A DNA stretch of 64,000 bases. Origin: a virus. Taxonomy: Duplodnaviria; Caudoviricetes. The notes beneath the pieces were generated by a model that saw only the letters and a list, made by a program, of their open reading frames with translations, had not been told where the DNA came from and ran no database searches. Below, one piece after another: positions 17,218 through 24,515 of the stretch. Location of the stretch: positions 26,408 through 90,407 of the IMG/VR virus record IMGVR_UViG_3300036976_000011. One strand, written 5' to 3'. A program made the position numbers and the translations under genes. Every line of letters starts with the position of its first letter. Positions within the stretch are counted from its first letter, which is position 1.

Positions 17218-17563
17218 AGCGCAAACTCAAAAGTTTTGTTTTTGTTTTATTGATACGCCTCAGCTCTGTTGTAGCTTTTCGCTGCTCTCGCTTGCTAACT
17301 GGGTCTGGCGTACCATCTGGCAAGACCATGCGATTTTCCGCATACAGGTACGCCTCCTCAGCGTACCTGGCGAGGAGCCTATCCACGTCGTCAAGTGCAG
17401 CATTGACGACTCGCTCAATTTCTCTCTGCGCTCGCTCTAGTGGACGGAGCAAGTCGTCCGCGTTACAATAATCGCGCTTTTTGAGAAATTTTACAAGAGA
17501 GCTAACACTTTTCCGCGCTTGATCCAATCGGTTCATTTCCCACCTCGACTTTATCATCTGCAT
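17207..17563 (-). CDS. hypothetical helical protein
   Basis: Directly downstream of promoter 17567-17595. Confidence 0.55.
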   Translation of the reverse strand: MQMIKSRWEMNRLDQARKSVSSLVKFLKKRDYCNADDLLRPLERAQREIERVVNAALDDVDRLLARYAEEAYLYAENRMVLPDGTPDPVSKREQRKATTELRRINKTKTKLLSLRYGP

Positions 17564-17566
17564 TCT

Positions 17567-17595
17567 ATAATATCACAGAACACAGATAAAATCAA
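17567..17595 (-). promoter_or_regulatory. sigma70-type promoter
   Basis: TTGATT-17 nt-TATTAT with TG extended -10. Confidence 0.55.
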
Positions 17596-17849
17596 GCGTT
17601 TTCAGGAATTTCTAACCTTTGTGGAGCTTTTCGTTTCACGCGCCGTTTGCAAGCGCGCCTGTGTCGCTCAAAATTGGCCCTAGCCAGTCCGCGTATTTTC
17701 ACCGTCCCGAATGCGCCGGCGTGCCCAGGGACGCCCCAATACCAGGCAGGGAACCTTTTCTTGCAATGGGGGCAAACATAGTGATTGCTCATAATAATAA
17801 ACTTGGGCGTGCAATGCCTTGCGCGCCTCTGCACAAAAGCACGGGGCAA
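17592..17849 (-). CDS. small C2H2-like zinc-finger protein
   Basis: CPHC...RH..AC. Confidence 0.45.
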   Translation of the reverse strand: MPRAFVQRRARHCTPKFIIMSNHYVCPHCKKRFPAWYWGVPGHAGAFGTVKIRGLARANFERHRRACKRRVKRKAPQRLEIPENA

Positions 17850-18093
17850 AGCACGCCCGGCGAGTTTGGGAGACTCGCTTTTACAGCTAATCCATCGCCC
17901 GCCACAACATGGCGAACATCAACACGACGACGATAACCGATGCAAACTCTATCATTTTCAGCTACTTGATTTTTTCGCGGCAGTCGTCACAGTATCCCCA
18001 GTTGCCACAGCTCGGGCAAATCGGGCGACCGCACGCGCCGCACGTTTGGTTGGTTTCATTTCCGCATTGGCATTTCACCGTTTTTTCTCCTTT

Positions 18094-18324
18094 TTAAAAC
18101 ATCCTTAGTTGTGCATCCTCTTTCACCAGAACATCTACAACGTCCCACTCGTCAAATCGCCGCCGCGCCCACTCCTCAAGCGCCAGCAGGGCGCTGTTCT
18201 GCGTACCGTGGTCGTGGACCCGGACGTGTAGCCGGTCGTGTATCCTGACACAACCGTGCCAGCCGCTCGCGTCCTGGTAGAGCGCGGGACGGCCTGAGTT
18301 GCGGCAGATTGTACAGGCGAGCAT
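18094..18324 (-). CDS. hypothetical protein
   Basis: GGAG RBS, coupled to neighbours. Confidence 0.45.
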   Translation of the reverse strand: MLACTICRNSGRPALYQDASGWHGCVRIHDRLHVRVHDHGTQNSALLALEEWARRRFDEWDVVDVLVKEDAQLRMF

Positions 18325-18326
18325 TG

Positions 18327-18569
18327 TTATTCTCCCAGGCCCATCGCCGCTTGCGCGACCTGCTCAAGCTCTAGTGGTACCACTTCAATATTTTCAAATT
18401 CAATATTGACCGCTGCATACTTTACCCCTTCTGGCATACCTGGATTATAGTCACTGTACCACTCGCCACACTCCCAGTATTGGGCGTATTGTCTGACCGC
18501 TTCTACGATGGCCCATTTACTAGGGCGCGTAGGCGCTTCAAGCACGAATTCAACTTTTATTTTGACCAT
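18327..18569 (-). CDS. hypothetical protein
   Basis: ORF in gene train. Confidence 0.5.
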   Translation of the reverse strand: MVKIKVEFVLEAPTRPSKWAIVEAVRQYAQYWECGEWYSDYNPGMPEGVKYAAVNIEFENIEVVPLELEQVAQAAMGLGE

Positions 18570-18593
18570 TTCGCTCCAAGTTGTCCAGCAACG

Positions 18594-18896
18594 TCATAGG
18601 TCCCAATTCTCCACCACGCGGTCCCAGTCCACCTCGTCTGGCGAGGCGTCCGACTGGCCTGCGTCCAGTAAGCCGGTGAACTGCTCCTGTATCATTGGCA
18701 AGCGCAAGATGTTCACGCCATTCTTTTCTATGCCAGCCATGAGCGTCGGTACACCTTTGATGAACGCCGTAATCGCGCAACTTGCACACACGCCGTCTGG
18801 TGTGGACGAGCGTTTGAGCAATCTCGTATTGGGGCTGTCGTCCGAGGGCGCGACCCGGCAGGGGGTCCCACAGCGGGAACAGGTTGTTTCATTCAT
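18594..18896 (-). CDS. Cys-rich hypothetical protein
   Basis: CSRC..C and CASC motifs. Confidence 0.5.
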   Translation of the reverse strand: MNETTCSRCGTPCRVAPSDDSPNTRLLKRSSTPDGVCASCAITAFIKGVPTLMAGIEKNGVNILRLPMIQEQFTGLLDAGQSDASPDEVDWDRVVENWDL

Positions 18897-19743
18897 TTGT
18901 TTGTTCTCCTCTATAAGTTAGGTCCATCGCGGCCTGCGTCACTGTCACCTCGTTGTTCTCCGGTATAGACCAGAACGACGGCTGGCGCAGCCGGTCCACG
19001 GCGATGCGGCAGTACTCCTCGCTGATTTCTATGCCGACGCAACGGCGTCCCTCGTTCTGTGCGGCAACCAGGGTTGTGCCTGAGCCGCAGGTATTGTCCA
19101 GAATGATGTCACCTGGATTGGTGTAGGTACGGACAAGGATAGACAGGAGCTTCACTGGCTTTTGCGTATGATGTAAAACAGGTCTGTCTTTCTTAAAGTA
19201 CAGAACGCTACGCAAGTAAGTGCCATCTTTTGGATATGTTATCTGCTTGGTTGGGTTAGGACGATAGCTGATATCATTTAGCCGCTTTGACTTTTCTCTA
19301 TACTTTGTTGTCTCTGCTAGAGTTGCTTTTCTGCCAGAAAAAACAATTGGATTGTAAGTGGCCTTATTCTTTGCATTAGGATGATAGTAGCGTGATGAAA
19401 ATACAAGTATGCTTTCATGTACATGATTTGGTCTGTGACCAGAGAGGATAAATGCTGCGCCACCGTCTTTCTCCCATATTAACTCATGCCTAAACCATTC
19501 CAAATTAGACATCACCAATTGACTCGTAAACGGTTGACTCCCAAACAACACTGCCAGATTGCTCAACCGCTTGCATTCTTTCCATAGTGGTTCTAGCGGA
19601 ATCACCGAATCCCACTTGCAGGATGTCACGCCATAGGGCCAATCTGATATGATAGCATTGAAAGGCCCGTCAAGGCGTGGCATGATCTCAAGGCAATCGC
19701 CCAAGTAGATTGTGATTCCGCCTTTTTGGTAATAGGGCTTCAT
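18889..19743 (-). CDS. DNA amino-methyltransferase (N4-C/N6-A, beta class)
   Basis: Catalytic DWPY (DPPY variant), H.TQKP, SAM-binding LDNTCGSGTT, GIEISEEY. Confidence 0.9.
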   Translation of the reverse strand: MKPYYQKGGITIYLGDCLEIMPRLDGPFNAIISDWPYGVTSCKWDSVIPLEPLWKECKRLSNLAVLFGSQPFTSQLVMSNLEWFRHELIWEKDGGAAFILSGHRPNHVHESILVFSSRYYHPNAKNKATYNPIVFSGRKATLAETTKYREKSKRLNDISYRPNPTKQITYPKDGTYLRSVLYFKKDRPVLHHTQKPVKLLSILVRTYTNPGDIILDNTCGSGTTLVAAQNEGRRCVGIEISEEYCRIAVDRLRQPSFWSIPENNEVTVTQAAMDLTYRGEQTNE

Positions 19744-19831
19744 TTCGCCTCAATCTCTCCGCGATACCAGGTGGCCCAGTCCAGCACGTCGGACTGGTAT
19801 AGCTGTACGCCGCCGCTGGCAAAGAACGCTT

Positions 19832-20062
19832 TCACTCCAACACCCACTTCTGAGCGTACCGCACACCCTCTACCCGCTCTTGCCCAATGAAGACCATCCG
19901 GTCCTCGCTGACCATTTTCAACGTGGCGTGTTCTAGTGTGTATCTGACATGCCCGTCAATAGAGACATGCGCCACGCTGTCATGGTAAGAGAAATCGCAC
20001 TCAATAGGCTGTGGTTCTGTTGGCCGACCTTTATTCAGTTGGATGTATAGTGTTGCTTTCAT
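19832..20062 (-). CDS. hypothetical protein
   Basis: ATGA/GTGA overlaps with neighbours. Confidence 0.5.
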   Translation of the reverse strand: MKATLYIQLNKGRPTEPQPIECDFSYHDSVAHVSIDGHVRYTLEHATLKMVSEDRMVFIGQERVEGVRYAQKWVLE

Positions 20063-20451
20063 CGCTCTATCCCCGCCAGCGCCAAATCGTACTCATCCCA
20101 CGCCTCTCCGAGCACCATCTGCCCCATCCTCACGCGCACCTCGCAGGCCGCTCGTGTGATAATATCACATTTATCACAACCGCCGACGCACGAAGCAGTC
20201 CGGTACTCTGGAAAGACTGGGTAGGTATCCTCTTGATATAAAAGCGGTTCAATCAGACCGGCGCGTTCTAGCCATAACCTGACAGTAGAGTGAGGTGTCT
20301 CGTTGCAAATCTGACCTATTTGGTGCATATTGTGCAATTCATCCCAGAGTTCAGCAAGCCGTTCTTGCCCAGGGTGGTTTTTGCACGAGCGTTCGTGCTG
20401 ATAGTACCCGCGTGGGTCCACTTCTGACTGGCAATGTGGGCAAGTTTTCAC
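20059..20451 (-). CDS. zinc-finger/HTH hypothetical protein
   Basis: CPHC..H..SC; coupled overlaps. Confidence 0.5.
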   Translation of the reverse strand: MKTCPHCQSEVDPRGYYQHERSCKNHPGQERLAELWDELHNMHQIGQICNETPHSTVRLWLERAGLIEPLLYQEDTYPVFPEYRTASCVGGCDKCDIITRAACEVRVRMGQMVLGEAWDEYDLALAGIER

Positions 20452-20984
20452 CGCTTCACCCCCAAATCAAAATCTACCTGCCCTATTTCCGCCAGCATGT
20501 CCAAGAGCGCCTGGTCGCACACCGTAGACGTGTACGGTGTACTGACGGCGATGAACAAATGTACTGGACTGGTGATTTCTGGCAGTGGCATCCCTCGGCG
20601 CTCTTTGACTACAGCGCCATTGGCCTGCGCCAGCGTGATCCAATTTCCGCAGTCAAGCTGACCGGTGTAATTTTCGGCGTCACAGTGCTCGTCCCAATCT
20701 AATACCACATCGCCGGGCCGCAACCACTCTACAATGTCGGCGTGGCAGTCGCGCACAACGACCGGCCCGGCAATGTCCAGCGTCATGAGCCATTGGCGAA
20801 TGCGCTCAAATTCTGCCAGGGCGTCGTCGCGTTCTTGACCGCCCTCGCCACGTCCTCGCCCTCGCCCCACGCACCCACCACACTGCCACGCACATTGCGC
20901 CTGTGGCTTGCCTGGAATACGGCAGTCGCCCGTAAGGTAATCGAGGTCAAGGCTAATCCAAACGACCATATCCGCGCATGTCAT
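20448..20984 (-). CDS. possible arginase/deacetylase-fold (UPF0489-like) metalloprotein
   Basis: LDLDYL, CHADI, DWDEHCD, LDCGNW motifs; tentative. Confidence 0.35.
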   Translation of the reverse strand: MTCADMVVWISLDLDYLTGDCRIPGKPQAQCAWQCGGCVGRGRGRGEGGQERDDALAEFERIRQWLMTLDIAGPVVVRDCHADIVEWLRPGDVVLDWDEHCDAENYTGQLDCGNWITLAQANGAVVKERRGMPLPEITSPVHLFIAVSTPYTSTVCDQALLDMLAEIGQVDFDLGVKR

Positions 20985-20990
20985 TATCTC

Positions 20991-21476
20991 TCACACCACA
21001 AAATCATTGCCTGGATAAATAGTTATCTCATGTGTCAGGCACTTGATTAGCGTTTTATACCAAAGATTGCCTATATCTGACGTGCACTCCTGCCCGTTAT
21101 CCGCACCGGGCCAGCCCGCTGTCAAGAATGGAAATTCTCCGTTATGATGTTCGCCGGTGCAATGAAAATAGATTCCTAGTTCATATTTGAAAAACTGAAC
21201 GGCTGCACAAAATTGATAATCCGGGCTGCAAACTTCTACTATGCTCCCAGATTTGTACATTTGGGAAAAATCAATAGGATGCTCTGGCTGCAGCAGATAG
21301 AGCAAGCGGTAAAGAGCTTTTGGTGTATCTGGCACTGCACAGCTACCACATGGCATGGTTTTCACAGGACGATTACCATGCGCATAATCATGGACTCTGT
21401 AGCACTGCCTGAATAATTCGAGTGGTTCTTCATTTGCGTCAACTAGTTTTTGAATGATGCGTAATTTTTTTAGCAT
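20991..21476 (-). CDS. hypothetical protein (low GC)
   Basis: 161-aa ORF. Confidence 0.5.
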   Translation of the reverse strand: MLKKLRIIQKLVDANEEPLELFRQCYRVHDYAHGNRPVKTMPCGSCAVPDTPKALYRLLYLLQPEHPIDFSQMYKSGSIVEVCSPDYQFCAAVQFFKYELGIYFHCTGEHHNGEFPFLTAGWPGADNGQECTSDIGNLWYKTLIKCLTHEITIYPGNDFVV

Positions 21477-21509
21477 TTCAAATGCCTCTCAACCAGCGCC
21501 ATTGCCCTG

Positions 21510-21674
21510 TCAACCTTCGAGAGGATATGCAGCGCCAGACTCCTCTAGCCAGCGCAGCACTTCAATTATCCCCTCCTCATAGCTCATGCCGGGAAACTTT
21601 GAGCCTTGGTCTATGCCTTCGGCTGCATCGTTGTAAAGTTGCTCGATTTCCTCTTTTGTCCTTATGATTTGCAT
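21510..21674 (-). CDS. hypothetical protein
   Basis: Start MQIIRT after AGGAG RBS. Confidence 0.55.
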   Translation of the reverse strand: MQIIRTKEEIEQLYNDAAEGIDQGSKFPGMSYEEGIIEVLRWLEESGAAYPLEG

Positions 21675-21790
21675 GATATCTCCTGTACGGTTGGGGCGCG
21701 TCCTCACACTGTCGGCACGCGCCCCTTCAGTTGTTGTCCGACCAGTGCCACCGGTCGGGTGCGACAGCGCCGCCTCAATGGCGCTGCTAG

Positions 21791-21899
21791 TGGCACGTGA
21801 CAGACTCAAACTGTCTCGGATTGAGGCCGCCTGCGATTGGGGAATTGAACCCGCACCTCAGTCCTTTATCCTAGAGCGAATCGCCAACGCTCCCGTGCC
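21791..21899 (-). ncRNA. tRNA-like RNA with expanded central arm
   Basis: GGCACG/CGTGCC-A acceptor-like stem, GAGCG/CGCTC arm, GACAG-TTTGAGT-CTGTC T-like arm, nested TGAGG/CCTCA and TGCG/CGCA helices with a second GGTTCAATTCC loop. Confidence 0.45.
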
Positions 21900-21909
21900 A
21901 TATCCACTG

Positions 21910-22040
21910 CTGCCCAGGACGCACCAGTGCTCACAGCCCTTGTCGAATTATTGCACTGAGGCTAAAGCCGGCTTCGCCCCCGCTTGCCACCTTGACCAGG
22001 GTATGGCAATCGCAGTGGCAGATGGATGCGCCCTGGGCAG
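21910..22040 (-). ncRNA. structured RNA with long closing stem
   Basis: CTGCCCAGG-GCGCATC / GGTGCGT-CCTGGGCAG 16-bp helix with G-U pairs on the minus strand; internal TGCCA/TGGCA hairpin. Confidence 0.45.
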
Positions 22041-22065
22041 TTGTGGATTTTAACGTGCTTGCGAA

Positions 22066-22155
22066 TGCGTCAGGACAGAATCGAACTGCCAATGTTACCC
22101 AATCGGGACCGGGGTTACAGCCCGGCGCTACACAACCAATAGTAGCCTCTGACGC
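22066..22155 (-). tRNA. tRNA-Tyr(GTA)
   Basis: GCGTCAG/CTGACGC-A acceptor, CCGGG-CTGTAAC-CCCGG anticodon arm, long variable arm, GGCAG-TTCGATT-CTGTC; CCA not encoded. Confidence 0.9.
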
Positions 22156-22297
22156 ATGTGGGCTTTAACTAGGATAGCCCTATTTCCCTGACTTGTCAAC
22201 GGCCTAGTACCGCCCGACGGGGGCTCGTGCAGGGAACAAGCCCCGTGACACCTTCATCGCCTTGGCACAGTATGTCGCCATTTGGTCAGTCGGTGTG

Positions 22298-22371
22298 TGG
22301 GACCGGCAGAAGTCGAATCTGCAACCTCTTGAGTCTAAGTCAAGCGCCTCTACCAATTGGGCTACGGTCCC
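22298..22371 (-). tRNA. tRNA with TAG (Leu) anticodon but class I short variable loop
   Basis: GGGACCG/CGGTCCC-A, CTTGA-CTTAGAC-TCAAG, 5-nt variable loop AGGTT, GCAGA-TTCGACT-TCTGC. Confidence 0.8.
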
Positions 22372-22382
22372 ATGTGCTTGGT

Positions 22383-22595
22383 CTAGTACAATTCCACAAT
22401 CCAGTTGCCTGAAGCAGAATCACACAACAGCATCCTGCCCAGAAACGTCCGTTCCCTCTCGTGCCGCAGCAGATCTTCTGCCACGCTGCCGCACCTTGAT
22501 ATCGCAACAATTGTGTACTCATTGGCAAGAACGGTGTAATATTTGTTGTTGGCTTTTGCTTGATTGCTCAAGATTTGATTGACTGTAGTCTCCAT
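22383..22595 (-). CDS. hypothetical protein within tRNA cluster
   Basis: Likely start METTV; the track start lies in the 59-bp repeat. Confidence 0.4.
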   Translation of the reverse strand: METTVNQILSNQAKANNKYYTVLANEYTIVAISRCGSVAEDLLRHERERTFLGRMLLCDSASGNWIVELY

Positions 22596-22619
22596 CTGGC
22601 TTCTCAATTGTGAAAGTTT

Positions 22620-22678
22620 GCCGGTTATTATTCTCTGCCGACCGGCGGCGGCGCATCTTCTACTCACACTAGTGGACC
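22620..22678. repeat. 59-bp exact direct repeat, copy 1
   Basis: Identical to 24343-24401. Confidence 0.95.
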
Positions 22679-22826
22679 TTAACTAGAATTGGTCCTGTAT
22701 CTCATAGTGCCCGCGTCTCCCGTCCTGGAATTTCGTTTCAGAGGTCTAGTACCAATTTAAGCGATGGCCCAGGATACCGTCACTTCCGACACCCACGGTA
22801 CAAGCGACCGGGCGAATTGGGTATGA

Positions 22827-22901
22827 TGGACGCAGCCAGATTCGAACTGGCGACTTCTGCATTTTCAGTGCAGCGCAACTACCAGGCTGTGCTATGCGTC
22901 C
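22827..22901 (-). tRNA. tRNA-Phe(GAA)
   Basis: GGACGCA/TGCGTCC-A, CTGCA-CTGAAAA-TGCAG, GCCAG-TTCGAAT-CTGGC; CCA not encoded. Confidence 0.9.
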
Positions 22902-22909
22902 AAGTTGCC

Positions 22910-23056
22910 GGCGGCTTGAGAATTGGTAGTATTTTGACCGCCTTCAGTATGACGACAGCGGCAGGCGTCCAATTGTTAACGATGTAGTTATCACACACCG
23001 GTCATTTTCGCCGCCTGGTTCGCCAAGCCCGCAATACTACCAATTCTCAAGCCGCC
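22910..23056. repeat. 24-bp perfect inverted repeat enclosing 99 nt
   Basis: ggcggcttgagaattggtagtatt (22910-22933) / aatactaccaattctcaagccgcc (23033-23056). Confidence 0.9.
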
Positions 23057-24315
23057 TCCTCACGATCCACGAAATCTTCACTGTCTTTTAGGTAGCCCTC
23101 TAACAAGCCAAAGGTAAATGACTTGTGTTTGTAGAAGTGCGTACCGTGTTCATTGTCAACTCGAATAGCCACACCTTCACGGATATGGCTACTATCTAGC
23201 ACAGAAGGCCCGTCAATATAGCTCTCAATTACGGCGCGCAACCCTCTACCATCCAGGGTATGAAAACGCTGACTATACTCCGGTACATGATCAATGCCAA
23301 GCTCATCGCAGCGTCGTTTTACATCGCGCCACGGGAGCTCAAATTGCACACCGTCCTCGTTTGCCTGCACGATACGATAGACAAATGCCTTGCACTCCCC
23401 AGGTTCACAGCCGTAGGAATATATCATCTCGTCACCGTAGCTCTTTTTGACATCCCCGTCACGGAGCTTGCTGATGTTTTGCGGTTGCATAATGGGCTCG
23501 TTTTGGCCAGCCCATCCGACAATCTCCATATAGACGACTTCGCCTTTGTGGAGATTGTTTTGTAGTCTTTCGACGGCCCTGTAACGAAAACCGTCGTTGC
23601 TATAATAAGTTGCGCCGTCATGGTGCTCAAGAATTACACGCCGCGTACCAGACAAATAGCGCCAAGCCATTTTGTGACTAAATCGAGCGCCAAATCTATT
23701 CAGTGCTCGTTTCCACCACGGCAGCGGCATCTTATCCAGCACATGACCAAGTCGGTGACTCGTGCCGTGCAATTTTTCCGTGATCGTTATGAGTGATTCT
23801 GGCGGTATAATATCTGCTGCATCTCTGAACTGGTCAGTTTTAATGTGCATTCTAAACATGGTAGTTTCACGGCGATGTTTGATACTGCGCTGGCGCGCAT
23901 GTCGCGTGGCTCTAGTGACATACTTATTACAAATTGGTACGCCATTAAGGCTATCAAACTCATCGCCTATCTTGAGCCTATCAAGATCATGACCTGTAAA
24001 TTCAAAGTATGACAGCGGCGCAAGAAACCCTTCGCTCTTTGCGCCACGGAATTTCTGTGCGCGCACGCGACGATTAGCTTCAAAAAAGCCACCCTCTTTT
24101 GCTCCCGTCTCTGGATTTGTGCGCCGAACTAGGTCATTGGATTGTGCAAATTGCTCGCTTAGTTGACCATCGGATCGAAAAAACACCATCAAGTCACCGT
24201 CTTGCGTATTCAGACCAACAACGACTTGATAGCCTAGTGCTGTGGCTAATTTTAGTCTGTCAGCATCTGGATGGGGTCGCGTATAGACTTTGACAACTTT
24301 GGCTTTGTAGGTCAT
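23047..24315 (-). CDS. ATP-dependent RNA ligase (DRB0094/Rnl5- or Rnl2-like)
   Basis: N-terminal HPDADRL domain, motif I TEKLHGTS, VYMEIVG, FVYRI, REGVAIR, YKHKS; start MTYKAK at 24315 after GAGGTGG RBS. Confidence 0.9.
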   Translation of the reverse strand: MTYKAKVVKVYTRPHPDADRLKLATALGYQVVVGLNTQDGDLMVFFRSDGQLSEQFAQSNDLVRRTNPETGAKEGGFFEANRRVRAQKFRGAKSEGFLAPLSYFEFTGHDLDRLKIGDEFDSLNGVPICNKYVTRATRHARQRSIKHRRETTMFRMHIKTDQFRDAADIIPPESLITITEKLHGTSHRLGHVLDKMPLPWWKRALNRFGARFSHKMAWRYLSGTRRVILEHHDGATYYSNDGFRYRAVERLQNNLHKGEVVYMEIVGWAGQNEPIMQPQNISKLRDGDVKKSYGDEMIYSYGCEPGECKAFVYRIVQANEDGVQFELPWRDVKRRCDELGIDHVPEYSQRFHTLDGRGLRAVIESYIDGPSVLDSSHIREGVAIRVDNEHGTHFYKHKSFTFGLLEGYLKDSEDFVDREEAA

Positions 24316-24342
24316 TTTTTCCACCTCTGAATAAGCATTCTC

Positions 24343-24401
24343 GCCGGTTATTATTCTCTGCCGACCGGCGGCGGCGCATCTTCTACTCACACTAGTGGAC
24401 C
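24343..24401. repeat. 59-bp exact direct repeat, copy 2
   Basis: Identical to 22620-22678. Confidence 0.95.
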
Positions 24402-24515
24402 AGGGGAGACTTGAACTCCCTCGCGGGGACTATTTGCTAGCATTGTCATCCCCACTATTCTGTGACCTGCCAGTCACAGCACAACCGCTATCCCAAGAGC
24501 GGCAACTTCTGGCCC
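24396..24515 (-). ncRNA. oversized (120-nt) tRNA-Ala(GGC)-like RNA
   Basis: GGGCCAG/CTGGTCC-A acceptor with G3-U70, perfect GGGAG-TTCAAGT-CTCCC T arm, anticodon-like loop containing CT-GGC-A with one extra nt, about 40-nt extra arm. Confidence 0.6.

Noticed and set aside
22596-22667. Shared N-terminus MSRRCAAAGRQRIITG on two ORFs
   Set aside because: An artefact of GTG starts inside the 59-bp repeat; better RBS-backed starts lie downstream
22773-22826. Theta/HDV-like ribozyme after tRNA-Phe
   Set aside because: P1 (ATACCCA/TGGGTGT), P3 and P1.1 can be drawn, but there is no convincing P2 or catalytic C-R-A junction, and the cut site would be 2 nt off the tRNA end
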